Assembly: GCF_006345805.1 (NCBI RefSeq)
Contig: NC_042997.1
Location: 116,994,001 to 117,058,000 of the forward strand
Direction of reading: 5' to 3'
From: Octopus sinensis
Taxonomy: Eukaryota
DNA: 64,000 nt
The number at the start of each line of letters is the position of its first letter. Position 1 is the first letter of the stretch. Shown piece after piece: positions 39,100 through 52,275 of this stretch. Position numbers and translations under genes: made by a program. The notes beneath the pieces are model-generated. The model did no database searches. It was not told where the DNA came from and worked only from the letters and a program-made list of their open reading frames with translations.

Positions 39100-39555
39100 A
39101 AGGCGGTGTGCTGGTAGAATTGTTAGCACGCTAGGAAAAGTGCCGCAATGTATTTTGCCTGCCCGGCTTTAACTTCTGATTGCAAATTCCGCCGATGTCG
39201 ACTCTATCTTTCATCGATAAAATAGGTAGCAGTTTAACTATAGGGTTACGACGACAAATGTTCTAAACAAAGGTTCCGATCAACAGAACAGGCTGCGCGA
39301 AAATCAATGTACAAATGACCGAGCACTCTACAGACATCTTCACCTTAATGCAGTTCTCAGAAATGATTCAGTGTGACACAGGATGTGACAAGGTTGGCCC
39401 TTTCAATTACAGTTACTACTCAGTTTTGTCAGCTGAGTGGACTGGAGCAACGTGAAATAAAGTGTCTTGCTCAAGGACTCAACACACTGCTCGGTATCGA
39501 ATCCACTACCTTAGGATCATGAACCGAATACAGTTACCACTAAACCACGCCCTTT
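39100..39555. mobile_element. Degenerate family B (+, 39100-39240) and family C variant (-, 39244-39553)
   Basis: Similarity to other copies in the window. Confidence 0.75.
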
Positions 39556-39616
39556 CATACATACAAGAAAATCCTTCGCACAGATACACACTCTGATAGC
39601 CATACTAGTAATATGT

Positions 39617-40073
39617 TTATTTCTTTATTACCAACAGGGGGCTAAACCTAGAGGCGACAAACAAGGACAGACAAAGGAATTAAGTCGATTACACTGATAT
39701 CAGTGCGTAACTGATACTTATTTAATCGACCCCAAAAGGATGAAAGGCAAAGTCGACCTCGGCGACTTTGAACTCAGAACGTAGCAGCAGACAAAATACC
39801 ACAAAGCATTTCGCCCAGTGTGCTAACGATTCTGCCAGCTCGCCGCCCTAATACTAATAATATATTCTTTTCTACTCGAGGCACAAGGTCCAAAATTTGG
39901 GGGGAGGGGCCAGTCGATTAGATCGACCCCAGTACGTAACTAGTACTTAAATTATCGAAAGGATGAAAGGCAAAGTTGACCTCGGTGGAATTTGAATTCA
40001 GAACGTAACAGCAGACGAAATACTGCTTAGCATTTCGCTCGGCACGCTAACTATTTTACCAACTCGCCGTCTT
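39617..40073 (-). mobile_element. Two tandem family B SINEs with target-site duplications
   Basis: Copies at 39617-39848 and 39867-40073. taatactaataatatatt occurs at 39849-39866 and 40074-40091, with a related copy at 39602-39617. Confidence 0.88.
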
Positions 40074-41995
40074 TAATACTAATAATATATTAAAAAGCAT
40101 ATTATCTCTGCATTTCATTCATTATCTTTCTCTCTCCCTCTTCTGTTTTGCCTTCTCTCTTCCAGAGAATGTTCATTATTATTTTTTATATATATACGAT
40201 AGCGATTATGTTTCTTTCCTTTATATTCGATCGTTATGTCGCATTAATTCATCTTTTCTTTTCTTTTAACGTTTATTTCTACCATTGTGTTTATCTTATG
40301 TTTGATTTAATTTAGATAAACAGTTCTTTTTTTTTTTGACGTGATTTCACCTAAGCTGATAATTTTCCATTACAATCCATCATTATTAGATGTATTAAAA
40401 ATATTCTCATTTAGTACTAAGATACTTTGTACAACACTTAATATCAAAATATATATAAAATAAAAAATACAGAATTGTAACATAAAACTGAAAACAATGA
40501 TTACTTCGGTTGCAAATTTTAAAATATTATCTTAATGAAAGAGAGTTTGGTATCTCTTTTTCTATAGCACACATCTCGAGCCATCTTAAAGCCATCAAGA
40601 CTACAAAATGGTTGTATTTGATGCCATAAATACAACATATTAGCTTAATCTTGTGACCTGAGAAATAAATATGCTTGGGTTCATTTTTATGTATTTTACA
40701 TACTTTATTCTTTATGTCCAAGGAAGCCCTCCATCAAAAAAGGAATCTTGAGATTAAAGAAATTCCAGATCTGATCTTGCTATCATTGTTTAGGAGACAA
40801 TGCACATTGGACCAAATCATTAAATATGACCTTCATTGACTATGGAAGTTGGGTGACGTTTACGTGAGATTTTACTGATTTTACACCAGATGGCCTTGTA
40901 GAAGTTTTCTGGTTGGCTCAATTTTCGTTTAAAGTGAAGTGATGGCGAAACTCATTGTCTCACAGACGTAGGAATATTATCACTGCTGTTTATCTTTTCA
41001 TTCGGAATGGAGAATCTACAGCTAGGCTACTTGATAGACTGCAATCTCCTCAAATATAACTATGAGAGACGTTACAAAATTAATTCTGTAAAGAACATTA
41101 GCCATTGCTAACTATGTATTAGTAGGTGGACTGAGTCACTTGAATATATTGGCTATAGATTCAGCATAGTGTTCCTGTCAAAATATTATTTACCAATTAT
41201 TCACCTGTTTGTCAGACTATATATAGCTATAAGATTTGACATCATTTTCAGTTTTAAAGGAATGATAAAACTGTCTTAGTATTAAAACTTATTAATATTT
41301 AATGAAACCATTTTAGAAATCGATCAGATCGGTTTTAACTTCTTGTAAATTGCATATTTCATTTCTATTTCTCTCCTGTATGTACAGACCCATACATTCT
41401 TACAGAAATATAGGAGTATATGTGTATAAATGGCTGTCTTGGTTTGGTCATGCATGTGTGCGCACGCATGTGTATGAAAATAAAGAACCTCTATGCATGA
41501 ACAGAAATTAAAAGTAACTAAATATTTAGAACTGATTTTGAATGATGAGTGATGAAAAACAAGTTTTCATTAAAAAATCACGAACTCGATTAATCTATCA
41601 CAGTAAACAAAATGTCATTGCAGATTCTTCTATTCTTATTATTTTCGTCTATTGAAATTCTTTTCCCCAATCAATAAGTGCTAAATTTGCCAGGTTTTCA
41701 AAACTTTTATCCACAACTTTCTTGATTTGTAGTAGCATTGGTCAACTTTAATATTTCCTAACTTGCAAATTTTCAAATAGAGAAAGTTTCTTTTCAAATT
41801 TATTTGCGAAATATATTCATGAAGTCATGTAACCACAGACGGGAAATATAAATGTTTCCATATGAGTTTTGTAATGTCTGTACGGTGTCATTAAATGGAT
41901 TGACTATAAATTCATTGTCTTTATCTTCTTAGCTGTGACAGTTCATTTCTATATATTGAATTCATTGAAAACAAAATGAAGTAAGTTTTATAAAT

Positions 41996-42395
41996 GGTGA
42001 GGCGTGGCTGTGTCGTAAGAGCTTTATTTCCCAACCACATGGCTCTTGGTGCAGTCCTACTGCCTGGCACCTTGGGCAAGTGTCTTCTACTATAGCCTTG
42101 AGCCGACCAAATCCTTGTGAGTAGGTTTGGTAGAGGAAATTAAAGAAGCCCATCGTATATATTTGTGTGTGTGTTTGTATGTGGCTTTGTGTATGTGTTT
42201 GTCCCCCACCACTGCTTGAAAATCGGTGTTGGTGTGTTTACGTTCGTAATTTTGCAAGTCGGCAAAAGAGACCAATAGAATAAGTGCTAGATTTTAAAAT
42301 AATAAATCCTTGCGTCGATTTGTTCGACTAAAACCCTTCAAGTCGGTGCCCCAGCATGGCAGCAGTCAAACGACTGAAACAAGTGAACGATAAAG
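41996..42395 (+). mobile_element. SINE family A, full length
   Basis: ggcgtggctgtgtcgtaagag...ggcaccttgggcaagtgtcttctactatagcc...gactgaaacaagtg. Confidence 0.9.
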
Positions 42396-43587
42396 GATAT
42401 TCCATTGAAATGATCTTAGTTTAACTTCGTTTATCTTTGGTTCACGGAACCGGAATGACACGCTACGAAAATGTGAACCTTATCACGAATTGATCTCTGA
42501 TAACACACGTCAGTAATCAATCAAATGTTCTACTTGGACCGCAAAAGTGCGTCCCAGTGACCATTTAAAATGCGAAGGACGACTTGTGATTTCAAATCGA
42601 AACCTACTTTCCGCGTATATTTTATTATTTATTTAACACCGATTCTTTTACAATTTTTTTAACCTAACACCCGTAGCAAACCATGACAGACGTATTGTAT
42701 TTGTTGTTGTTGACTTCCTCAGAGTAGCACCGTTTAGGCCGTGAAACACTCCTTTTATCTTCAGACATAATATATCTTGGGATATAATTTCTAATGTCTA
42801 CTTCATTTGTAAAACAGTACAGTGGGAACCGAAGATGATTTGAACGTTGATTCTGCTGGTATTTAAACTCTTAAATGTAGCAGAAAGCTAAAAGCTGCTA
42901 GGAATTTAGTCTGTATAGCTAACCATTATCTTATTTCTACTGAAGTTATAAGGAGGATGACCAAAGCATATCATTTGTTGATCTACTGGTCCTCAAACCT
43001 GGAAGGAAATGCAGCCATTATTAATCACAAATTTGATTTCCCATGTTACCTTATTCCATGTCCAGCTTGTATATTTATTGTATCTTAACCTCTGACATAA
43101 AAAAAGCACCACATTCACACAGTTACTTCGTTATATATTTAAATTTCTACTGAAATACTACATTTACAATTTCATATATTTTATCTATCAACGGTTTTAA
43201 ATGGCTTATCAAAAAGCATTGCTCGACTTGTAACTGTGATACAAGATATTTGCCTAAGGTTTCATAGAGTGAGACCAAATCCTAAAATTACGTGTTTCAG
43301 AAGCGATTTAAAAAAATAATTTTATTGTACTTTATAGGGTTACGACTTTATTGTACTTTTAAAATGCTTATATTATTTTATTATTATATTGGATATAACT
43401 TTCTATGTGTATTCCATACAATAAGGTTGTCGTGAAATAGGGGTTGCAGTTCTATTGGTAAAATACCAATTTTGTAATAATATTATAAATGATAATGTTT
43501 ACATTGCATTAGTAAAGAGTAAAATAGTAAATGTCCTGATAACCTGGAATACTTATTATTCCCTACGTTTTAAAAATATTCATATAT

Positions 43588-43589
<2 letters not shown>

Positions 43590-43672
<83 letters not shown>
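43590..43672. repeat. (TA)n-(GA)n microsatellite
   Basis: Direct reading. Confidence 0.97.
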
Positions 43673-43674
<2 letters not shown>

Positions 43675-44409
43675 CATGAATTAAACATAATACATACTGT
43701 TATATGATCATGTATATCTGAAGATGAATATGTATTTATGATAGATAAAGTAGCTTCTGGTGTGGTGTTCACACTTGAATAAGCTGTAAAATTCTGAAAA
43801 ATTGTTTTACTTCACTTTCGACGCTAATGCTCTCTCGGGAGCCACAGACATCTAATCCCTTTATATGATCATATTCTCATGGTGTCCATAAAAGCAGGAG
43901 AACAGGATATTACATTAATCAAATCCATTAAAATAAATACATAACGAGATTTCTGCTTTCCTAAACGTTTCCCTCATGTGAACGAGCTTTGCTTGAATTA
44001 TCAAAATGGAATTGATGGTTTCAGTTCTGCGTGTCTGCAAGCATTTCACGAAAACAGACTTCGTGACCAGCATGATGAAAAACGGGTGGATTTAATAATC
44101 TACCGACTTAAAAATATTTCTGTTTCCAAATATTAATATTCTAGGTGTTTTAACGCTCCGCAAACATTAAGGGGTTGATGTGTACAGGTCATTTTGAAGG
44201 AGGTATCGATATCTCACCATATTGTTTCTCATATTGTTATGTGGCATAAAACAAAAAGAGGGAGGAAAAAGGATCGATTAGAAATTTCTACACTGGTCAC
44301 AATATAATAGCTCAGTGAATGAGCTCATTTTTAATAATTCCAAGAGTTAAAATATGCTAAAAGTAAAGTAAAAATAAAGTAAAACGATATTAGTTCGTGA
44401 TATATATTA

Positions 44410-44625
44410 CTTTCAAATTTTCGCACAAAGCCAGCAATTTCGGGCGAGTGGGTAAGTCGATTGCATCAAACCCCACCAGTACTCAATTGGTCCTTATTGT
44501 ACCGATCTCGAACGGATGAAAGGCAAAATCGTCCTTGACGGAATTTTTACTCAGAACGTAAAGACGGATGAAATGCCGCTAAGCATTTCTACCGGCGTAC
44601 TAGCGACTCGGCCAACTCGCCGCAT
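44410..44625 (-). mobile_element. SINE family B variant
   Basis: cgcacaaagccagcaattt...ggatgaaaggcaaaatcg...actcagaacgtaaagacgg...gccaactcgccgc. Confidence 0.85.
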
Positions 44626-46211
44626 TAGTTGATGGGGTAAATTACGACGTTGGGGGAAAACTCCGAATATTTAAGCTGTATTAGTGTCGTTGCGAGCCGA
44701 AAGTTTATCAATGGAATCACAAAGAATTTTATATATTCTTGTAAGGGAAAAGGAAATGTTAAAAAAATAATATATTCCATATGTCCCTGCATCATCTATA
44801 CGAAATGTAAAAAATAAGATGTAATAAAATAGCCGAAAGTATTTCCCTTTTGTAACATGAAAAGTAGTCAAATTAGGATAAGATGAAAAATAAAAGTAGT
44901 TGGCGACTGGTAACTTTTTTCATATTTGTCAAGTACGAAAGAAAGCTGAAAAACGTTTCACTCTATAGATACCACCTTCTGACAATGTACTTCTATATAA
45001 CTAATCGCGTCGAAACTCAATGAGAGAGCTTATCAGTTAAGCTTTGAAAACGAATAATACATTGCGGTTTCGTTCAATGAAAACGTCATGTAATTTTGTT
45101 TTCATTTGGACACGAATATTAGAAATAGAAAGCAAAATAGATAGATAGATGTAAGTTTTTCATATAATGTTCATACACTGACATGTCTTCGACATCATAT
45201 CCTACTCTAAACACTTAGTTGTATACAGTTTTAAGTGTCTAGATATACAAAAAATTGTTTGAAGTATAAATAAGTATCGTCATAAAATAATCAATTTTAT
45301 AATTCCATTTTAATAATTGCAACATTTTCTCATCATGCATCGTTAGACATGTTATGGGGAATAACTAACTTCATCGACATCGGAAAACATGAATTTCCAG
45401 GGGTGTCAGTCCAGCAGAAAATCATTTTTCTTGAATAATTACACGAAATGATGCCTGATTTTTGCTTTTGCAAGGTGAGGAATGGAACTCAAGCAAAGCG
45501 TTACATTGATTTGACAGTAATTTGTTGATCACATGACGTTCCTTCACATTTTGTTAAAATCATTTACAGATTTAAAAAAAATAGCCATGAAGTATTGGTT
45601 GTCACATGGCCATGGGAATTTAAGGATATTCCAATAAGTCATATTACTTTATTGATTTATCTGATATCACATCAATTTTCAATACAAGTGAGATTTCTTT
45701 TAAAAAAAGTAATCACGTGAAATCAATAATTTTCCCCCATTAATTTCGTTGTCTCTCATCAACGTAATTTGCCTCCAGTTCATTTTTCATAATTCCAGTA
45801 TCAAAGGCAACTTACAGTATCAACCTCATCATCAATAATACCAAAGCACACGCAGACACATCTCACGTACACAGGCACATATGATATATATATATATATA
45901 TATGAGCTTGCATGCATATATGCATATATATTTTCGTATATATGCATTATATAAATATATATATACGCGTATCTAGGTATTATATATGTACATGACACTG
46001 GCAACGTTCACCAAAGCAGAAATCTGCATCTGGTATACTTACAGCTGCTGTAAGGATGGTTTTCCTCTGCCTTTGATATAGAATGTGTTTAAAATCATAA
46101 GTCCATAATATATTATTTCCAGATCAAGAGTGCAGTTATTCTGCTTTACGGGATCCATTTTATGTAATTTATGTTAAGGTTAACAGAAAAGTATTTCATC
46201 CAGTCACATGT

Positions 46212-46480
46212 GAAGGTGTATGATAAGCGCGTCGGGCTCACAATCATGAGGTAGTGAGTTCGATTCCTGGACTAGGCTGTGCGTTGTGTTTTTGAGCAAG
46301 ACACTTTATTTCACGCTGCTCATGTTCACTCAGCTGTAGAAATGGGTTGTGATGTCACTGGTGCCAAGCTGATCGGCTTTTGTCTTTCCCTTGGATTACA
46401 TAGGTAGCGTAGAGAGAAAAGGTTGCTATGCATGGACGACTGTTGGTCCTCTGTATATAACATTTGGAGGTCTTTACCCT
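46212..46480 (+). mobile_element. SINE with family C-type head and a different tail
   Basis: gggctcacaatcatgaggtagtgagttcgattcc...gagcaagacactttatttcac, then gatgtcactggtgccaagctg. Confidence 0.7.
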
Positions 46481-46542
46481 TTTACACTCTATTAAAATAA
46501 AAGGTGGTAATAGTTTCTTAACATTAAGACATGTGGTTAGCC

Positions 46543-46860
46543 ACGTAAAGTATAATAACCATCTCAATATGGCTAACCACAAAGGATGGGTGTTACTGTA
46601 GCTTTTAGCCCCAGGAGATCATTCTTCTCATCGTAAACCGGTGATTACCGCCCGTTGACAAGAGGCAACAACCTCGAAACTGCGGTCCGTGCGTATCACT
46701 TAGGCTTACGAGAGAGGGATGACCTCCCTTTGCAAATACCATAAAGGCACAGATAGTGTGCCTAAAGCCAGCTGGAGTTAATGATCTCCTGGGGGTAAAA
46801 GCTACAGTAACACCCACCGTTTGTGGTTAGCCATATTGAGATGGCTATTATACTTTACGT
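46543..46860 (+). mobile_element. 318-bp cassette with 81-bp inverted termini and an internal hammerhead motif
   Basis: Arms 46543-46623 and 46780-46860 differ at 4 of 81 positions; structured 156-nt core. Confidence 0.75.
46641..46699 (+). ncRNA. Minimal type I hammerhead ribozyme, U3-A8 core variant
   Basis: Stem I gtgattaccgcccg/cgtgcgtatcac, UUGACAA 46655-46661, stem II gagg/ccuc, GAAA 46676-46679, short stem III ac-ugcg-gu, GUC triplet 46685-46687. Confidence 0.6.
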
Positions 46861-46908
46861 TGTCGAGCGGTTACTGTTTACATCTCGTTCAGTGATTTAT
46901 TATTGCTA

Positions 46909-46963
<55 letters not shown>

Positions 46964-47499
46964 TGGGTGGGTGTATGTGTGTGGGTGTGTGTATGCGTGT
47001 GTATATGTATGTATGTATGTATGTGTGTGTGTATATATATATATATATAATGTGTGTGTGTGTTTACAAAAACTCGACATAAGCATTGTGCTATTAAAAC
47101 AACATTTTTGCGTGGAAGTATCTTGTTTAGCATAGTGATATGAAGATGAAAATATGTTACTCATGAACCGAAAATGGTATGAGAGCATCTCATACAATTT
47201 TAAGCCGGGAATACAGTAAATAGATCTAACGTATCTTGGAAACATCGCTCATGAAAAAAAAAGTAATGGTTAACAAGAGCAGAAGCAGAAAACGCATAAT
47301 ATTTGATATCTTACGTTAGTTACTAAAGATTTATCGGATATATATATGCATGTGTCGGGCAATATTTTCATATTGTTAAAAAAACACATAGCTGTCTAAG
47401 TAGTTTGTGAAGTATTTTACAGATTCAATAAAACGCTATATAAATTTTTAGCAATACATACGCAGGCGCGCGCGGACACACATATATAATGTATCGTAT

Positions 47500-47570
<71 letters not shown>

Positions 47571-47851
47571 GTGTGTGTGTATAAATAAGAATGGTGAATT
47601 CCACAATTTCTATTTGGGGCTTTAGCTAGTAGGGTCTTCATATGTGAAGAAAAATTGTTTTATATTAATAGCAACACACTATATCGTTATTGTTATTGTT
47701 AATTTTTGTCCAGTTCCGGTGTTCCTTACATCTTATATATGAGAGTGGATTTTGTATGTATATTTAGAGTTGTATTGACAATATAACCATGATGTTCTGG
47801 TGATAACAAAATCAGGCCTTTTTTTAAAATTTGCATTAATTTATGAATCTA

Positions 47852-48324
47852 CGTGGCCTGATCAATAAGTATCCGGACTTTTTGCCTTAGTAACGAAGAT
47901 AAAGCACACATGGTGAAGCCGCTTGTTACAGTTTGACTTTAAACTCTATTGTACATGCGCACTAAATTTTAACTTTCTAGTTCACTTCCACTGTTTACAG
48001 CAGTTCTTGGAAGGAAGGTGTGTAGCGTGTGACAGAAAAAAGTGAGCAGAGAATCTGCATCAAATTTTGCTAAAAGCTTGGCGATACCTGCTCAGAGGCC
48101 TCTTTACTCTTTACACTTTTACTTGTTTCAGTCATTTGACTGCGGCCATGCTGGAGCACCGCCTTTAATCGAGCAACTCGACCCCGGGACTTATTCTTTT
48201 GTAAGCCCAGTACTTATTCTATCGGTCTCTTTTACCGAACCGCTAAGTGACGGGGACATAAACACAGCAGCATCGGTTGTCAAGCAATGCTAGGGGGACA
48301 AACACAGACACACAAACACACACA

Positions 48325-48410
<86 letters not shown>

Positions 48411-49066
48411 CGACGGGCTACTTTCAGTTTCCGTCTACCAAATCCACTCACAAGGCTTTGGTCGGCCCGAGGATATAGTAGAAGACACTTGCCCAAGGTG
48501 CCACACAGTGGGACTGAACCCGGAGCCATGTGTTTGGTAAACAAGCTACTTACCACACAGCCACTCCTGCGCCTATGCAAAGTTTCCAAAAAGTTTTCAT
48601 CGTTCTCGACACAATCAAGGAGACTTTTTGCAACTGAAACCCGAGTGTCTTTTTGGTCAGCTAAAAGCAGTTTTAGCACAAATTTGGCAGGCATGCGTCT
48701 CATAGCCATATGGTCAGTGATAATGGACTGAGCAGAACCGTAACTAATCTACACATCCTCTGATAACTCTCGGATGATGTGATTCAACGATTTCTCCACT
48801 CAGCTGCACACATCTGCAATGTTTTTCTCGGTTTTGTTGGTTGCGTGTCTCCAGAACGTTCGTCAATATCCACATTTTTTCGGCCCTCTTGAAAACGTCT
48901 GAACCTCTCGTACACTTATGTGCGGTTCATACACTCCTCTCCATACACTTTCTGCAACTTTGCGCAGGCCTCGAAGCAGACATCGACATGACAACTTTCT
49001 CAGTCATTGTCAATGCAACGATTACACGCTATACACTTTCCTTCCAAGCTCTGCAGTAAACAGCGA
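47852..49066. mobile_element. mariner-derived rearranged element, copy 2, interrupted by a SINE
   Basis: TA|cgtggcctgatcaataagtatccggact TIR and 5' end on the plus strand. Fused at about 48586 to an inverted transposase N-terminal segment (MPAKFVLKLL.ADQKDTRVSVAKSLLDCVENDENFLE). Confidence 0.88.
48102..48573 (-). mobile_element. SINE family A, full length, nested in mariner copy 2
   Basis: Intact head ggcgcaggagtggctgtgtggtaagtagc; it splits the mariner sequence gaggcct|atgcaaag. Confidence 0.95.
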
Positions 49067-49210
49067 AAGTCAAAGTGAGGCTCCCCCATCATGGTTCCAA
49101 TGCGAACATTCTGACCACTCGGCCATGATTTCTGCTATCTGTCTCTCTCTCTCCCTCTCACTCTAGATAAATAGACCGGAATACGTATATTCCATTCTTT
49201 CTCTGTTTCT

Positions 49211-49282
<72 letters not shown>

Positions 49283-49727
49283 TATATATTATATAGACAG
49301 AGAGAGATAGTATACAAAGGTCTTATTGAACACTGTGATACAACATATCTTCCCCCGCTATCGGAATTAGCAATGTATTATATAGATTAGATGTTGGTCT
49401 CGAACGGTGTGATTTGATGGCCAGATATGAATTATTTATTGAGATGTTGATTTGGTCAGGACGTCAGATCACAAAAGAAACAGACTCAAAACCTAATGAA
49501 TATGGATCGACAACTACATATTCTGCATGATAAATTCCTCCGTCTTAAGCGAGGAGTTGTAGCGGAAAAATATCGTTTTTCTTTCTTTCTCTCTCCATCT
49601 CTCTCTCTCTTTCTTTCTATCTCATTCTCTCTCACTCATAGAGTTACGAACATAGAATTTCTTCATCCTAATTTATATCCTCATTTGATTCTGTTGTTCG
49701 TTCAGGCGTATATACTATAATAACACA

Positions 49728-49839
<112 letters not shown>

Positions 49840-49934
49840 TGTATGTATGTATGTATAACCATATGTATATATATTTCCATGAATGTATATGTGCAGACTA
49901 GACTTGTGAATGTCTGTTGAGATTATATATATTC

Positions 49935-50085
49935 TTTTCTACTCTTGGCACAAGGCCCTAAATATTTTGGGGAGGGGGACAGTCGATTAGATCGACCCCA
50001 GTACACAACTGGTACTTAATTGATCGATCCCAAAAGAATGAAAGGCAAAGTCGACCATGGCGGAATAATTTGAGCTCAGAACGTA
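49935..50085 (-). mobile_element. SINE family B variant, partial
   Basis: ttctactcttggcacaaggcc...gatcgaccccagtac...gaaaggcaaagtcgacc...ctcagaacgta. Confidence 0.85.
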
Positions 50086-50365
50086 AATGAGAATTTACAT
50101 ACTGTAGATCATTAGAATCAGAATGAAAATCAAACATTTAGTTAAAATTTTAGCAATATCAGGAACGTGAAAAAGTATGATCAATGAGAAGACGGAGTCA
50201 ATTTTCTCTTAGAAACTTGATTAAGTGTCTTTGAGTAGAAAAAAACGTAGAACTTAGAAATATATAATGATAAAAACATGGTTGTAAACGATAGAAACAT
50301 AATATACAACCATACATGTATATGCATGTATGGATGTGTGTGTGTGCCTGTCTGTCTTTCTGTCG

Positions 50366-50406
<41 letters not shown>

Positions 50407-50410
50407 CTCT

Positions 50411-50442
<32 letters not shown>

Positions 50443-50618
50443 GAATGTTTCTATATGTTTGCTTCTCATCATTTGACGACTGGTATTAGTTTGCTTACTC
50501 TCTCGTAATTTAAAGGTTCGCCACTAAGTGACCAATTAAGTACTACAGGTCGATTTCATTGTCTAAACTCAGCATAGTACCAGAAAACAAGACACACACG
50601 CACACACACACACACACA

Positions 50619-50659
<41 letters not shown>

Positions 50660-50769
50660 CACACACACACACACTCACATATATATATATAGTTGAAAGT
50701 TATAGAAAAACAAAAGTCGAAGACAGGTTTATGAAGTGCAAGCAAGTGCAAACTGAGGTAACTCAGATA

Positions 50770-51480
50770 ACTTAGATATGTTTCAACCAAAGATTGGTCC
50801 AGGCCATGCTTAACTTAATAGCATTACCTCATAGAGTTAGTTAAATCCTTTTAAAGCCAACTTTTGTGACATCATGGTCTGTTCGAGTAGGGAGTTGTTG
50901 TTGAGTGAGTTGTATCCAGGTATAGGTGGCTTGTCTGGTATTCCTTGAAGAAATTTGTCCAGATTCCGTTTAAATGTGATGGGATCCTTTTCCTCTTTGA
51001 TCTGTTTCGGGACATGTTAAATAGGGCAGGGCCTGTTGAGGAAAAGAAATTGTGTCGCAGTGTATTTATATGTTGTGATCCCGAATTGCATAGGGGATGT
51101 ATGGCCTGTTTCCTAACCTTGGCTCAATTTTGAAGTTAATGTTGAGGTCATTTGAAGCTAATGTTGAGGGTGCTGAAGACAATAGAGTTTCAATGCTTTA
51201 AGGCAGTCCCCAAAATCGAGACCAGTTATGCCCTTAATTTAGTGAAAGACGTTTGGGTTGATTCGATTTTCAAAATGTTTTGTTTTGTATGGGGAGACCA
51301 CAGGGGGTAGTACAAAAGGTGTGGCCGTACAAAAGGGTCGAAAGAGGAATGATGACACTTTCTTCTCTGGACCGGAAAAATCTTTATACCCAGGAGCTCA
51401 GCCTCCGAGGTATATCGACCATATTTTTGATGTGAGCACTCCAGCTGAGATTGTTGTCAACAATTACTCCTAGGTCTCTG
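50770..51480 (-). mobile_element. CR1-type LINE, 3' fragment (copy 1)
   Basis: RDLGVIVDNNLSWSAHIKNM...LRHNFFSSTGPALFNM...KRNLDKFLQGIPDKPPIPGY; 3' UTR shared with 59186-59300. Confidence 0.88.
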
Positions 51481-51597
51481 ATATTATTATATATGATTTA
51501 TTAATTTTTTGCAAAAGCCACAGAATGTTCAAGAACCGAGTTTGTTAAGTGCTATCGCACGAAACTTTCGGGCTTTCGGGCACTCTGTTGATTCTGC

Positions 51598-51648
<51 letters not shown>

Positions 51649-51871
51649 CATAATACATTTAACATCGAGCTAGATAGTTAAATATCAGTGAGAATCAGTA
51701 AGGGAATCTGTTGAAACCAGGGAGCTTTCCTCAGAACATTTGATACGCAAAGAAACAAATTGGCAAAGGCTGGCATTTGGAGTTTACATTCTCCAAATCA
51801 CTGAGCATACATATGCACGGGATTGTGTATATGCTTAAGCGAACTATTAAACCACACACACACACACACAT

Positions 51872-52064
51872 ATTGTTTCAGTCATTAGGCTTCGACCATG
51901 CTGGGGCTCACCTTGAATTTTTTTAGTCGAATGAGTCACCCATAGTACTTATTCTTTTAAGTCGGGTACTTATTCTATTAGTCTCTTCCGCTGAAATGCG
52001 ATATTACGGGGACCTAAACATATCAACACCGGTTGTTAAGCAGTAGAGGGGTACAAACACAGAT

Positions 52065-52117
<53 letters not shown>

Positions 52118-52275
52118 CACGACGGGCTTCTTTCAGTTTCCGTCTACCAAAGCAGCTCTCAAAACTATGGTCGGGTGGAAGCTATAATAGAAGACACCTG
52201 CCCAAGGTGCCACGCAGTGGAACTAAATTCGGGACCATGTGGTTGGGAAGCAAGCTTCGTACCACTCAATCACAT
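51872..52275 (-). mobile_element. SINE family A
   Basis: Tail ttgtttcagtc..., internal (CA)n and head ...cccaaggtgccacgcagtgg...ggttgggaagcaagc. Confidence 0.88.

Noticed and set aside
46123-46178. Small plus-strand exon candidates (46123-46178, 56668-56724, 10431-10471) and minus-strand candidates (near 20470-20530, 46050-46165, 56436-56460)
   Set aside because: Splice-like signals with short open frames are expected by chance at this length, and no recognisable protein emerges when they are joined.
51530-51590. gtgc-tatc-gcac-GAAA-ctttcgg as a hammerhead remnant
   Set aside because: No recognisable CUGANGA upstream and no clear stem I or III; too degenerate to call.
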